Below are positions 27,944 through 37,764 of a stretch of DNA of 64,000 nucleotides, in pieces. A program made the position numbers and the translations under genes. Origin of the DNA: Eledone cirrhosa (Eukaryota); the NCBI GenBank assembly GCA_964016885.1, contig OZ024761.1, positions 14,322,001-14,386,000 on the forward strand, written 5' to 3'. The notes under the pieces are model-generated. The model saw nothing but the letters and a program-made list of their open reading frames with translations. It made no database searches and was not told the DNA's origin. How positions within the stretch are numbered: the first letter of the stretch is position 1; every line of letters starts with the position of its first letter.

Positions 27944-30900
27944 TTATATTACATCTATATTCCATGTTTACCTTTTCAGGCCAATATAATGATGGACTCT
28001 ACTAATTTTGTGAAGGGGAACGACATTTTGGACATTTGGTTTGACAGTGGCATCTCTTGGGCCTCTGTATTACAAGGTAACATTGTTACTGTTGTTGTAG
28101 TGGTGGTAGTGGTGGTGTTGTGGTTGTGGTGGTGGTGGTGTTATTATTGTGGTTGTGATGTATTGTGGTGGTAGTGGTGGTGTTGTTGTTGTGGCGGTAG
28201 TGGTGGTGTTGTGGTAGTGGTGGTGTTGTTGTGGTGTGTTGTGGTAGTGTTATTATTGTGGTTGTGATGTGTTGTGGAGGTAGTGGTGGTGTTGTTGTTG
28301 TGGTGTTATGGTAGTGGTGGTGGTGTTGTGATAGTGGTGGTGGTGTTATTATTGTGGTTGTGATGTGTTGTGGTGTTGTGGTGGTGTTGTTGTGGTAGTG
28401 GTGGTGGTGTTGTGGTGTTATGGTAGTGGTGGTGGTGTTGTGGTAGTGGTGGTGGTGTTGTTGTGATGTGGTAGTGGTGGTGTTGTGGTGGTAGTGGTGG
28501 TGTTGTTGTTGTGGTGGTGTTGTTGGTGTTGTGGTGGTGATGTGTTGTGGTGATGGTGTTATTGTTGTGCTTGTGATGTGGTGGTGGTGGTGGTGGTAGT
28601 GGTGGTAACCTTATATATTCTTAATATTGACATCCATGTTTTATATCTGACCTTAAACCTTCACCTCTGACCTTTCTACAGACACTAATGGGGAAGCTGA
28701 CCTTTATTTGGAAGGACTTGACCAGTTTGGTGGCTGGTTTCTCTCCTCATTGCTCACCAGTGCTGCCCTCAATGGAAAACCCCCTTACAAGTGAGAAATC
28801 TTCATTCTTTATGTGTATTTAATTTTTGGTGTATAATTTTAATACAGTTTAGAGGAATTTCTTTGGCCAGCTCAGTCAGTAGAGAACCCTTTAGCATTTA
28901 TATTTCTCTGTATATACTAGTATATTTTCATGGTAAAGGCTTTATCTCACATAATATCAAATCTATGATATTTTGATATTATTTATTTTGAGAACTATAC
29001 CTTAATATCAGTATGAGCAGCTGGTTCTGGCCAGTTTGAATAGAACGAGGTGAAAGAATTCTGACCAGATATGGCTGGTTTGAACAGAAAGAGGTGAGAG
29101 AATTCTGGCTGGTTTGGACAGAAAGAGGTGAAAGAATGCTGACCAGATACAGCTGGTTTGAACAGAAAGAGGTGAAAGAATGCTGACCAGATACGGCTGG
29201 TTTGAACAGAAAGTAGTGAAAGAATACTGACCAGATACGGCTGGTTTGAACAGAAAGTAGTGAAAGAATACTGACCAGATACGGCTGGTTTGAACAGAAA
29301 GTAGTGAAAGAATACTGACCAGATACGGCTGGTTTGAACAGAAAGAGGTGAAAGAATACTGACCAGATACGGCTGGTTTGAACAGAAAGAGGTGAAAGAA
29401 TGCTGACCAGATACGGCTGGTTTGAACAGAAAGAGGTGAGAGAATTCTGGCTGGTTTGGACAGAAAGAGGTGAAAGAATGCTGACCAGATACGGCTGGTT
29501 TGAACAGAAAGAGGTGAAAGAATGCTGACCAGATACGGCTGGTTTGAACAGAAAGTAGTGAAAGAATACTGACCAGATACGGCTGGTTTGAACAGAAAGT
29601 AGTGAAAGAATACTGACCAGATACGGCTGGTTTGAACAGAAAGTAGTGAAAGAATACTGACCAGATACGGCTGGTTTGAACAGAAAGAGGTGAAAGAATA
29701 CTGACCAGATACGGCTGGTTTGAACAGAAAGAGGTGAAAGAATGCTGACCAGATACGGCTGGTTTGAACAGAAAGAGGTGAAAGAATGCTGACCAGATAC
29801 GGCTGGTTTGAACAGAAAGAGGTGAAAGAATACTGACCAGATACGGCTGGTTTGAACAGAAAGAGGTGAAAGAATACTGACCAGATACGGCTGGTTTGAA
29901 CAGAAAGAGGTGAAAGAATACTGACCAGATACGGCTGGTTTGAACAGAAAGAGGTGAAAGAATACTGACCAGATACGGCTGGTTTGAACAGAAAGAGGTG
30001 AAAGAATACTGACCAGATTCGGCTGGTTTGAACAGAAAGAGGTGAAAGAATACTGACCAGATATGGCTGGTTTGAACAGAAAGAGGTGAAAGAATACTGA
30101 CCAGATACGGCTGGTTTAAATGCTAAAGTGTTAAGGAAAGAATCGTGGAACAGATTTTACAGGCAAAGCCAACTAGTCTCACTTGAAGATCCAGCCAGAT
30201 CATTTAGAGATGATTTCTTCTGATAGGACCCTTTATTTATGTTGAAAACAATACTTTAACATTGGTTTGAGCAACCAGTTACAACCAGTTTGAACAGAAA
30301 GAGGTGTGAGAATTCTGACCAGATACAATACAGCCAGTTTAAATGCTAAAGGGTTAACCACAAAGCCAACAAACCAGAAAATGTCAGGGTAAATTGCCCT
30401 GGTAGATCAAGTCTTGACCTTTTGATCGTTACCCCTGCCTACACCCTAACCAGTAAGCCGCATCCCTTAACACCAGTGCAGTATTGTCCATTAATTAACA
30501 ATTGAAGCTTAGTGCCCATGGATGCCGACAATGAAATCTATCGGTGTAGTGACTCCTTTGCTTCTTATTGTCTTTCCCATGAATTAGTAGCTGTTGAGGG
30601 TAGGTGCATACAGCTATGCAAATGCCTGCACACAAGCGACTGAATTAGTGCATTAACTGTTGTGTTTTGTGTTCCATCTGTACAGGTCCCTTGTTGTCCA
30701 TGGTTTCACGGTTGATGAAGAAGGCAAGAAAATGTCCAAGTCTGTTGGAAACGTCATTGATCCGATGGATGTTGTGAATGGATCTAAGGTATGTTCCAAC
30801 AACATGTATAACATGACTCACACACTGTTCACTTTCCTGACATTTGTACATAATTCCATGTACTATACATGCACATTTGATGAGTTGTAGTGCACCTGAG

Positions 30901-32519
30901 CACTGTACACAATAATTTTCATTATATACATGGTGTGCGTATATCATGACTCATACACTGTTCACTTTCCTGACATTTGTACATTATTCCATGTACTATA
31001 CATGCACATTTGATGAGTTGTAGTGCACCTGAGCACTGTACACAATAATTTCATTATTTTCAAAACCACCTCTAACCCTCCTCCCCCTTATAATCTACCT
31101 ACCAACTCCTCCCATTTTTGTCACCTTCTCTTCCAATCATCAGTCCTTGATCTGCCACGGCTCCCACCTTGCACTCACAGCTACCCAACAACACCCCCTC
31201 ACTTTGTTCCGACCTATACACCCCTGGTTGCCGACTGGGCTGAAGCTATGGGTCCCCAAGATAATTGTTTTGCTTCCATAAATAATACATAAGAGCCCCA
31301 ATTAAAATTTCAACTGGGGCCCACAAGCAAATTTAATCCATCTCCTGAAGAAAAGCCCAGCTTAAATTTTTGGCCTGAGTTCAAAAAATAATTATATTGT
31401 TACCAAGAATAATAGATAACAGCCTACCCTTGCTGAAATTTTCTGTCAGAGGCCCTATGCTTAATTTGTCCCCTAAACAAGAGCTCTGCTTAGATTTTTG
31501 CCAAGGTCTCTGTGCTAGCTTAATCTGTCCCCTAAACACGAGTCTGTCTTTAGCCAGAAGTTTCGTTAGGCCAGTGCTTATATCCTGGTTTCATAGCATG
31601 AAGCGACTGAGAGTACAAGACTTCCGCCTGGAGAGGATGCCAGTCCATCGCAGGGTTATTTTGCCGGTACTCATTTTCAGCTGAGTATACTGGAGCAACG
31701 TGAAATGAAGTGTTTTGCTCAAGAACACAACCCAGGAATCGAACCCACGACATTATGATCGTAAGTCCAACACCCTTACCACTAACCCACGTCCCTTCAC
31801 TGTGGTGTTGTCAGCTTCTCTTAAATTTTCACCTAGCAGCCCTATGCTAGCTTAATCCACCTCTACACCTTCTCTTCATAATCTACATACCAACTCCCCT
31901 TCATAATCTACATACCAACTTCCCTTCATAATCTACATACCAACTCCCCTTCATAATCTACATACCAACTTCCCTTCATAATCTACATACAAACTTCCCT
32001 TCATAATCTACATACCAATTCCTCCCATTTTTCTTCTCATCCAATCATAACTCTCTGACATGACCTGACGTGGCATTTATTTATTTATTTATTTTTGTGT
32101 GTGTTGTTTCATTGCAGGCCAGTGGTATTCCGTCCTATGGAGTGGATGTACTGCGATGGTGGGTGGCTAGTTCGGGACTACAGAGTAACATACCCATCTC
32201 AAACTCAATTCTCAACCGGTGTAACGAAGACATTTTTCGGGTCAGTGACCATAAAAGCTTGTTTATTGAGAAGCACAAAATTCTAACATATTTGATGTGT
32301 TTTGATTCCTCACATTTGTATGTGTGTGTGTGTATATATATATATATATCTAAATCCAAAATTAAGATAAAATTAAATGAATTTAATCTAAATCGAAATC
32401 ATGGGTGTCAGGTCATAATGCATGCGCCATATATCCTGGGAATTTAAGCTCAAAGATAAATCCGAGCATATTATAATATCTAGAGGTTGATTAACATATA
32501 ATGTTAATCAACCTCTAGT

Positions 32520-32569
<50 letters not shown>

Positions 32570-35500
32570 ATCATCATGGAGGCACATGGCTTAGTGGTTA
32601 GAGCATTGGCCTTGCAATCGAAAGGTTGTGAGTTCAATTCTCAGACCGGGTGATGTGTTGTTTCCTTGAGCAAGACACTTTATTTCATATTGCTCCAGTT
32701 TACTCAGCTGTAGAAATGAGATGATAGGACTGGGGTCCCTATCATTCGACTGCAAAGTGGTCATGGAGGTGCCACGACAAAAAATCACCCAGCCCACACT
32801 GTAAAATGAGGTTGGTGTCAAGCCAGAATCGGTTCCCATCCCACCCTTGCAAGCAGGGAAAAGCAGACGGAAAATGATGATGAATGATGATGATGTATGA
32901 ACATTCTGTTCCATATCAATTGTTGTTGCTGAAGTTTATTGTTATTGTTGCAGTTACGTAAGATTTGTCGTTTCCTGCTTGGTAACCTGTGGGACTTTAC
33001 ACCCGATGAGCACACAGTCCCTTACAACTTACTGCTACTACAGGACAGCTACATGCTGCATCAACTGCATGACTTTGCACACAAGGTAAGAACAAAAGCA
33101 ACATTTACAGTTTCCCCTCTCACTTCCTACAACAAATTTCTGCCTTTCCAATGCCTGCGATTTCACAGAAACTTTGACAGAAAACTTTTATTGTGGACGT
33201 CCTGCAACTGCTACCACTGAGGAAAACATTGGTGATAGGTGATTGACTATATATCAAATAGCCAATGTTATTAGCATATCCTGTGAGAGATTTCAGAATA
33301 TTCTGTCCTACGAACTTGGCATGTCGAAGGTTTCTGCACAGTGGGGGCCACACTGTCTGTCACCTGATCAAAAGTACATTAGCCTGATCACATCATGGGA
33401 AAATCTGACATTGTTTGAGGCAGATCCAGCTGGTTTCCTTGAATGTTTCTTAACTGAAGATGAGTGTTGGGTTCATCACTTTCAGCCAGAGACAAAAAGA
33501 CAATCCATGCAGTGATAAAACCCTTCCTCACCTTCTCTAAAGAAGGTCATGGTCGTTTCATATGCAGGGAAGGTGACGGCCTCAGTTTTTTTGGATGTAA
33601 AAGGCATTGTGTTTATTGACTATAAAAAGCCGACCTTACTCAATTACACCTCAAAGGCAATGACAGACGACCGTGACTTCTGGCGGCATGCAGTAATACA
33701 GAAGACCTGATCCCCCATGGGTACAAGCCGAAGCTGAAGCATATAGACAATATGCCCCCACACCCTCCCACTGCAAAGTTGTCGTGGAGGTGCCACGGCA
33801 AAAAAGCACCCAGCCCACACTGTAAAGTGGACGTGTAGGCGCCACGGAAAAAAGCACCCAGCACTCACTGTAAATGAGGTTAGTGTTAGGAAGGGCATCC
33901 AGCTGTAGAAATCAAGCCAGAATCAGCAAGACAAGGTCAGCCGACCAGACACTGTCCACAACAGGACAACCCGTCTAACCCATGCTAGCGTGGAGGAACG
34001 GACGTAAAACGGTGATGATGATGATGATGACTATCATCAAAAGGGCCACACCATCAATGGAGAATACTATGCCAACTTGCTGAGGCTATCAAGACCAAAC
34101 ACTCAGGAATACTGATGAAAGGGGTTTTGTTTCATCAGAATAATGCTCCAGCACACAAGTCCTTAGTTCTATGGCTGTTGTGTGTTACTGTGGCTTTTGA
34201 ATTGGTTGATCACCCTCCCTATTCTCCTGATTTGGCCCCATCTGACTAGCATTTGTTCCCCAACATGAAAAAACCCTTGGCTGGGAACTAGTATCGCAAT
34301 GATGATGATGCCATATCTACTATTAATTACTTTTTTGACCAAATGGAAGAAGTGTGTGGACTTGAAGGGGTCTATGTTGAAAAATAAACTTCATCCAGTC
34401 AGCATATGAACTTTTAATCCTTTAGCATTCACATTACTCTATATTTACTATTATATTTTCATGGTAAAGACTTTACCTCACATAATATCTCACATAACAT
34501 TTACATTACTCTATATATACTATTGTATTTTCACAGTAAAGGCTTTACGTCACATAATATCTCACATAACATTCACATTACTCTATATATACTATTGTAT
34601 TTTCATGGTAAAGGCTTTATCTCACATAATATTGAATCTATGAGATTTTGATATTATTTATTTTGAGAACAATACCTTAACATCAGTTTGAGCGACTGGT
34701 TACAGCCAGTTTCAACAGAAAGAGGTAGAGAATTCTGGCTGGTTTGAACATTAAACGTTAAGCCTATATTTAAGTGTATATCCCTAATTAATTCTATTTG
34801 TGTCTCCATTACAGGTGCTCCACCTGTATGCTGACCATCGTTATAACACGGTCACATCTATCACTGACCGATTCCTCGGTGCTGAAGTGTCCAGTTTCTA
34901 CAGCTCCATCATCAAAGACAGGTAACATGTCCTTCCTTCCCTTCTCTCTCTCTCTCTCTGTATGAGTATACTTATATATATATTGCCCAATTGCACCCCT
35001 CAAAGGCGATGACACAGGACTGTGAACTCAGGTGTTACACTGTAATACAGAAGACCCGACTTTCCACAGGTACAAACCGAAGCTGAAGCATATAGACAGT
35101 ATTTTCCCATGCCCCCTCCCACTGTAAAGTGGTCGTGTAGGTGTCACAACAAAAAGCACCCAGTCCACACTGTAAAGTGGACGTGTAGGTGTCACAACAA
35201 AAAGCACCCAGTCCACACTGTAAAGTGGTTATGTAGGTGTCACAACAAAAAGCACCCAGTCCACACTGTAAAGTGGTTATGTAGGTGTCACAACAAAAAG
35301 CACCCAGTACTCATTGTAAATGAGGTTGACATTAGGAAGGGCACCCAGCTATAGAAACCAAGCCAAAATCAGTTGTATATGAGCAAGACATGGTCACCTG
35401 ACCTAGCATTGCCCACAACAGGACAACTTGTCTAACCCATACTAGCGTGGAAAAATGGACGTAAAACATTGATGATGATGATGATACATATATATATATA

Positions 35501-37764
35501 TATATCAGGTGTGTATATATTAAATGTTTCCCACCCTCCTACCACCAGGTGTTACTGTGACAGTAGAGACAGTATTCAAAGAAGATCATGTCAAACAGTT
35601 CAGTACCATATTCTAGATGTGATCATCAGGCTTCTGGCACCAATTATACCTCACTTTACTGAAGAAGTCTTCCAGTATTTACCAAAGTTACACCAACAAC
35701 AAGGTAACCAACATTTATTTACTTCTCATTGTATCTCTCTCTTTCGCTTGTTGTTGCTGTTGTTGTTACAGCTCACACCTATACAGGTTTAGCTGGCCTC
35801 CCCCAACGTATATCTCGTTGGAGGTGTCTTGGGTGATTTAATGATAGGGACTCCACTCCTATCATGGGACCCCAGTCCAATCATCCTCTTTCACTTACTC
35901 AATTCACAATCTGTTCCCCACCCCCTAGGTTGTGACAGCCTGTTCAAGACTCTAGGCCACAACATCAATCCGGAATGGAACGACCCGAGAAGTTTCCACA
36001 GATTTCAACCCAGTCTACAGATTAAGGACCGCTTCAATGAGATGATAGGACCAGAGACCCCATCTTCTTTCGACGTCGTTATCTGGGCTTCGGAAGACCT
36101 GTACGACAACCTCAAGGTGAGCACGTGCACACATATATACACACCATTATTTTCATCATCATCACCATCATCATCCTTTTACTGTGACTTACCTTTAGAA
36201 GCTCCCACATCTTGAGACGCGTGAGGCAACCAAAGTGCTCCAATGACTACCACGGTCAGTTGCATCTATTAAAACATCATTCTAACCGTTATTGACGGGT
36301 TTCAGGTCCCTGTCAATTGTCTGCTGCCAGTTCTTCTTGCGGTGACCTCTTCATATTTACTACAGTGCTTAGGTGTGCTTAAACACAGGGCCGCGTTGGC
36401 CAGGAAGGCCATCTTCCTGCCAAAGAATTTTTTTTATGATGAATTTTTCACATGTTTGGGCCCTCTTAGCTTACCCCTTTAGAATTTAAACCGCCCATAT
36501 CTGGCCAGAATTAACTCGGCTGTAACCAGTCACTCATACTGATATTAAGGTATTGTTTTTAACATAAATAATATCAAAATCTCATATATTCGATATCATG
36601 TGAGATAATTATGTAAGGTAAGCCTCTACCATGAAAATATAATAGTAAATATAATAGTATAAATAGAGTAATGTAAATGCTAAAGGGTTAACTAGCACAA
36701 GGCCTCATTTGTCCTAAATCCAGCACGGCTTATTATATATATTTCTCATTTATCTACACACACACACTTTCTATTTGTTATTTATTGCCAGGTGTTACAA
36801 CCTTCCAGTTCATCAACTAATTCTACCCTTGTCGAGATCCTGCAAGCGTCTCAAGTTTCCCTGATTAACCAGAGACTAGATTCTGCCCTTGATGACATTG
36901 AACTGGCCACTGCTCGCTGCACTCTCTATAAACCAGGTGAAATGATCTTTGATCTTTACATTTTAACCTTTAATAACATAATCATTTACCAATGAAAATA
37001 TTCAGACATCATCATAATCATCATCATCATTTTATGTCCTCTTTTCCCTGCTTGCAAGGGTGGAACGGGTCCTATTCAGCACAGCATCTCTCCACTTGTC
37101 ACGGTCCTTTGTCATCTCCTCCGTGAGCTTCAGCATGTGGTTGGTTAATAATTATGTTATATATGTCATCATCATCATCATCATCATCACCGTTTTACGT
37201 CCATTCTTCCACTCTAGCATGGGTTAGACAGGTTGTCCTGTTGTGGGCAGTGCCTGGTCGGCTGACCTTGTCTTGCTCATACGGGAACTGATTCTGGCTT
37301 GATTTCTACAGCTGGATGCCCTTCCTAACACCAACCTCATTTACTGTGAGTGCTGGGTGCTTTTTTTCTGTGGTGCCTACATGACCACTTTACAGTGTGG
37401 GCTGCATGCTTTTTTGCAGTGGCACCTCCACGACCACTTTGCAGTGGGAGGGGGTGGGGGCATATTGTCTATATGCTTCAGCTTCGGCTTGTACCCGTGG
37501 GAAAACTTGCTGAAATGAAGTGTAACACAGCAGGTTGTCTGTCTGTTTTTATTTATTTTATTTTATTTTAATATATATTTGTTTCTATCTCTCCTTCCCT
37601 TTCCCTCCACAGGTATGGAGACAGGTGAGGAATGTGACTACGTGATCGGGGTGTTGCCATGCCAACTGTACATGTGTACCAGGTGTCGGAGGTCAATTGC
37701 TAAATCCTCTGCCCTCAAATTCTGCTGTCGATGTGCTGACGTCATCGCTGAAGATTATCAATGA
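257..37764 (+). CDS. IARS2: Mitochondrial isoleucine--tRNA ligase, 23-exon gene (spliced CDS 3039 nt, 1012 aa)
   Basis: Exons joined by hand at GT-AG sites with matching phases. Motifs: [78 protein letters not shown] and C-terminal CxxC..CxxC zinc finger. Bacterial-type IleRS with an N-terminal Arg/Ser/Leu-rich extension, as expected for the mitochondrial enzyme. Confidence 0.96.
1870..1992 (+). CDS. IARS2: IARS2 exon 2 (HIGH motif)
   Basis: [11 protein letters not shown]...[22 protein letters not shown]; cag/gtaagt. Confidence 0.95.
2154..2603 (+). mobile_element. PLE-type fold-back element (about 172-bp inverted arms plus about 90-nt 3' extension) with hammerhead motif
   Basis: Arms 2154-2325 and 2342-2514 are near-perfect reverse complements; (TA)n on the left. 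Confidence 0.75.
2405..2470 (+). ncRNA. Minimal type I hammerhead ribozyme motif
   Basis: tattttgt-CTGAGGA-stem II (catatt/aatatg)-GAAA-tatata-TA-atgaaata; stem I 8 bp with two GU pairs; mirror copy on the minus strand in the left arm. Confidence 0.7.
2605..3066 (-). mobile_element. RTE-related retroposon 3' end (family B), (ATG)n tail
   Basis: Same sequence as 13931-14270(-), 14315-14860(+) and 46480-46988(+); the 14.3-kb copy encodes the RTE C-terminus [15 protein letters not shown]...QKTRLA. Confidence 0.8.
3126..3320 (-). mobile_element. PLE-type fold-back element (family of 59.6 and 61.6 kb copies), degenerate
   Basis: Hairpin 3211-3313; shares ggtggaccataatgcaccagagaactcgatacttagggt with the reverse complement of 59745-59810. 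Confidence 0.7.
3417..3576 (+). CDS. IARS2: IARS2 exon 3
   Basis: [14 protein letters not shown]...[13 protein letters not shown]; cag/gtaatt. Confidence 0.95.
3737..3915 (-). mobile_element. PLE-type fold-back element with back-to-back hammerhead cores
   Basis: Hairpin 3822-3915; + strand gcttc-CTGATGA-tttctcctgaat-GAAA-c..ctg-TA-gaagc (3867-3915); (TA)n on both sides. Confidence 0.75.
4113..4665. mobile_element. piggyBac-type MITE with internal 60-bp tandem expansion
   Basis: ttaa-CCCTTTAGCATTT start, degenerate right TIR; about 60-bp repeats at 4260-4650. Confidence 0.7.
4855..5003 (+). CDS. IARS2: IARS2 exon 4
   Basis: ARKFAKGAI...[17 protein letters not shown]; cag/gtcagt. Confidence 0.95.
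5037..5620. repeat. 57-bp minisatellite, about 10 copies
   Basis: Unit acaacaaaagcctccagtccaccatgtaaggtgggttgtgttggtgcc...; gives the 19-aa periodic ORFs; resembles the 48-bp SINE-body subrepeat at 35120-35310. Confidence 0.9.
5735..5955 (+). mobile_element. tRNA-derived SINE (family C)
   Basis: A-box-like tggcagaatcgg, B-box gagttcaaatc, body gcctttcatccttacgggggtcgataaa; related copies at 15838-15950 and 55913-56360. Confidence 0.75.
5985..6034 (+). CDS. IARS2: IARS2 exon 5
   Basis: [16 protein letters not shown]; cag/gtaata. Confidence 0.93.
6184..6526 (-). mobile_element. tRNA-derived SINE with RTE 3' tail (family A)
   Basis: Head ggcttagtggttagagc...gagttcaattc; tail cccacccttgcaagcagggaaaagcggacgtaaaatg(atg)n identical to the 3' end of the RTE at 21856-21920. 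Other copies 12266-12577(+), 13555-13815(-), 19748-20079(-), 32578-32895(+). Confidence 0.88.
6599..6711 (+). CDS. IARS2: IARS2 exon 6
   Basis: [19 protein letters not shown]; cag/gtatgt. Confidence 0.93.
7169..7458. mobile_element. piggyBac-type MITE (about 285 bp)
   Basis: TTAA-ccctttagcattta ... taaatgctaaaggg-TTAA; further copies near 13096, 15505-15770, 17855-18019, 28885-30134, 34414-34760 and 36473-36691. Confidence 0.82.
7458..10416. repeat. 19-bp minisatellite, about 155 copies, in IARS2 intron 6
   Basis: Unit caggttgaaccactaa(c/a)ta. Confidence 0.97.
10473..10569 (+). CDS. IARS2: IARS2 exon 7
   Basis: [19 protein letters not shown]; aag/gtatgt. Confidence 0.92.
10590..10870. repeat. 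48-bp tandem repeat, about 6 copies
   Basis: Unit ttaaccctttcattaccatatttctaatgaaagacactgtctatgtca; resembles a TTAA-CCC MITE end. Confidence 0.88.
11331..11440 (+). CDS. IARS2: IARS2 exon 8
   Basis: [17 protein letters not shown]...LAFE; cag/gtgagc; phases 2/1 fit both neighbours. Confidence 0.88.
11700..11890 (+). mobile_element. CR1-like LINE 3' fragment
   Basis: ctcagaattgctgaagcatggaacaaactgcct (R.AEAWNKLP); related copy 38920-39150 with tail gttgtagtgcacctgagcact..aataatttc(att)n. Confidence 0.6.
11969..12135 (+). CDS. IARS2: IARS2 exon 9
   Basis: YRHPL...[24 protein letters not shown]; tag/gtaagt. Confidence 0.93.
12966..13009 (-). ncRNA. Minimal type I hammerhead motif (slightly degenerate)
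   Basis: Minus strand tttcc-CTGAAGA-aagtctgagaagatat-GAAA-gtac-TT-gtgaaa; palindromic stem III. Confidence 0.55.
14880..14970 (+). CDS. IARS2: IARS2 exon 10
   Basis: [23 protein letters not shown]; cag/gtctgt. Confidence 0.9.
15120..15500 (+). mobile_element. Tc1/mariner-superfamily transposase remnant
   Basis: [14 protein letters not shown]...[23 protein letters not shown], a decayed QQD.APxH / WPPxSPDxNPxD motif pair. Confidence 0.75.
15972..16568 (+). mobile_element. 5'-truncated copy of the RTE LINE
   Basis: Near-identical to the reverse complement of 21875-22469; CGA>TGA stop at 16353-16355; (ATG)n tail. Confidence 0.93.
16614..16759 (+). CDS. IARS2: IARS2 exon 11
   Basis: [24 protein letters not shown]; cag/gtatgt. 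Confidence 0.95.
16795..17800. repeat. 62/83-bp minisatellite with two length variants
   Basis: caggtgttttaatgataggggccagtcttatattgttacagttcccatctacataggttt with or without agctggcctcctaggaag. Confidence 0.9.
18224..18384 (+). CDS. IARS2: IARS2 exon 12
   Basis: [20 protein letters not shown]; cag/gtaaat. Confidence 0.95.
18430..18850. repeat. (GGT/GTT)n low-complexity tract
   Basis: Similar tracts at 19055-19160, 28085-28605 and 56620-57260. Confidence 0.9.
18939..19041 (+). CDS. IARS2: IARS2 exon 13
   Basis: [19 protein letters not shown]...ELLP; cag/gtaagg. Confidence 0.93.
19200..19745 (-). mobile_element. Old RTE-like LINE reverse transcriptase fragment
   Basis: [14 protein letters not shown]...[18 protein letters not shown]...NARISKA. 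Confidence 0.75.
20833..20985 (-). ncRNA. Hammerhead motif with long stem II in PLE pLTR
   Basis: ttcattattt-CTGAAGA-(about 114 nt)-GAAA-cgatcg-TT-aaataatgaa; mirror copy 27690-27837(+) has stem I partly deleted. Confidence 0.75.
21856..25072 (-). mobile_element. Full-length RTE-clade LINE
   Basis: Short 5' UTR with three tandem tgttaggaagggcatcc repeats, a single ORF, (ATG)n tail directly after the stop. Confidence 0.93.
21885..24953 (-). CDS. RTE ORF: apurinic endonuclease + reverse transcriptase + PHD-like Cys/His insert (1022 aa)
   Basis: APE motifs [31 protein letters not shown]; RT motifs [31 protein letters not shown]; CxxC..CxxC..HxxC..CxxC; [10 protein letters not shown]; no stops. 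Confidence 0.96.
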   Translation of the reverse strand: MKTSHLRVATLNVGTLRGRSAEIAEMLERRQVDVCCVQEVRWRGASARLVVGKRLSYKLFWVGKDDGLGGVGIFLAEKWINKTIEVVRVSNRIIKLRLVVGRRLLTIISVYAPQAGLGKDEKDCFYEQLLQTTTMTEDGDIVMLAGDFNGHVGQLQDGYTGVHGGHGYGSRNEEGVRLLEFCDASTLTICNTNFQKPANHLITYKSGEHISQIDFLLVRQRDRQIVSNTKAYPGEECTPQHRLVVSDISVSKRWNETYRKVWRRKVWKLKDLSLKFKFRKALQDVYDEKEDDLETYDIDNNWKFLRDNLLKATDETCGWSRAPTRQRVTWWWNSSVDKAIRDKRLAWKAWNKGGSREEYTATKREARRQVYLARREAESRRFANVLRREDQRRAVFHIARQCVNANQDVVGDKCVRDDAGVLSVTNDQKKEAWKCHYERLMNVENEWEREKLPLVDPTEGPAIEIDEYRVQEAIREMKNGKAAGPSGIVAEMLKASGDVGTKLVARIINQAIYGGVIPKDWCSSILINCYKGKGDALERSNYRGIKLIDQVMKVAERILAQLIRERVKLDEMQFGFVPGKSTTDALFLVRQMQERFLEKNKPLYLAFVDLEKAFDRVPRSVIWWSLRKLGVEEWLVRTVQTLYRGTLSKVRVGMEFSEEFQIQVGVHQGSVLSPLLFIIVLQAITEEFKTGCPWELLYADDLALMAESVEELENKFRLWKQQLEARGLRVNLAKTKVLMSRKEDKTLIPSGKWPCSICRKGTGINSIKCTQCRSWVHKRCSGIAGKLTGREKYVCSRCTGKLDSRSRTDRHIFQMREGAIEVVDSFRYLGDQISMGGGCSEAIVSRIRTGWKKFRELLPLLTKKGFSLRTKGRLYDACVRSAMLHGSETWAATAEDMRRLERNEASMLRWMCSVNVRERPSINVLREKLCLRGIECSVRERRLRWYGHVMRMEDDRWVKKCQEMPVEGRRGRGRPRKTWAEVVRTDLRSLKLTVEMTRDRDEWRDAVLNKTRPTLASREKRT
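27980..28076 (+). CDS. IARS2: IARS2 exon 14
   Basis: [22 protein letters not shown]; cag/gtaaca. Confidence 0.95.
28682..28790 (+). CDS. IARS2: IARS2 exon 15
   Basis: [22 protein letters not shown]...PPYK; cag/gtgaga. Confidence 0.95.
29035..30117. repeat. 44-bp minisatellite inside a piggyBac-type MITE, about 24 copies
   Basis: Unit ggctggtttgaacagaaagaggtgaaagaatactgaccagatac, present once in other MITE copies (e.g. 7390-7440). Confidence 0.92.
30686..30788 (+). CDS. IARS2: IARS2 exon 16 (KMSKS motif)
   Basis: [24 protein letters not shown]; cag/gtatgt. Confidence 0.96.
31874..32020. repeat. 25-bp tandem repeat, about 6 copies
   Basis: cttcataatctacataccaactccc. Confidence 0.85.
32118..32240 (+). 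CDS. IARS2: IARS2 exon 17
   Basis: [15 protein letters not shown]; cag/gtcagt. Confidence 0.95.
32954..33085 (+). CDS. IARS2: IARS2 exon 18
   Basis: [15 protein letters not shown]...DSYMLHQL; cag/gtaaga. Confidence 0.95.
33130..34400 (+). mobile_element. Decayed mariner transposase interrupted by a SINE/RTE-tail insertion (33625-34030)
   Basis: [69 protein letters not shown]. Confidence 0.85.
34815..34921 (+). CDS. IARS2: IARS2 exon 19
   Basis: [11 protein letters not shown]...[13 protein letters not shown]; cag/gtaaca. Confidence 0.94.
35549..35703 (+). CDS. IARS2: IARS2 exon 20
   Basis: CYCDS...RRSCQTV...[14 protein letters not shown]; cag/gtaacc. Confidence 0.95.
35929..36116 (+). CDS. 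IARS2: IARS2 exon 21
   Basis: CDSLFKTLG...EWNDP...LYDNLK; tag/gtgagc; phases fit. Confidence 0.9.
36792..36936 (+). CDS. IARS2: IARS2 exon 22
   Basis: [24 protein letters not shown]; cag/gtgaaa. Confidence 0.9.
37613..37764 (+). CDS. IARS2: IARS2 exon 23 (terminal, zinc finger)
   Basis: CTRCRR...CCRCADVI, stop TGA at 37762-37764. Confidence 0.93.

Noticed and set aside
32480-32518. 18-bp perfect hairpin next to (TA)n
   Set aside because: Probably another PLE-type fold-back remnant, but no ribozyme or family match is visible, so it is not called
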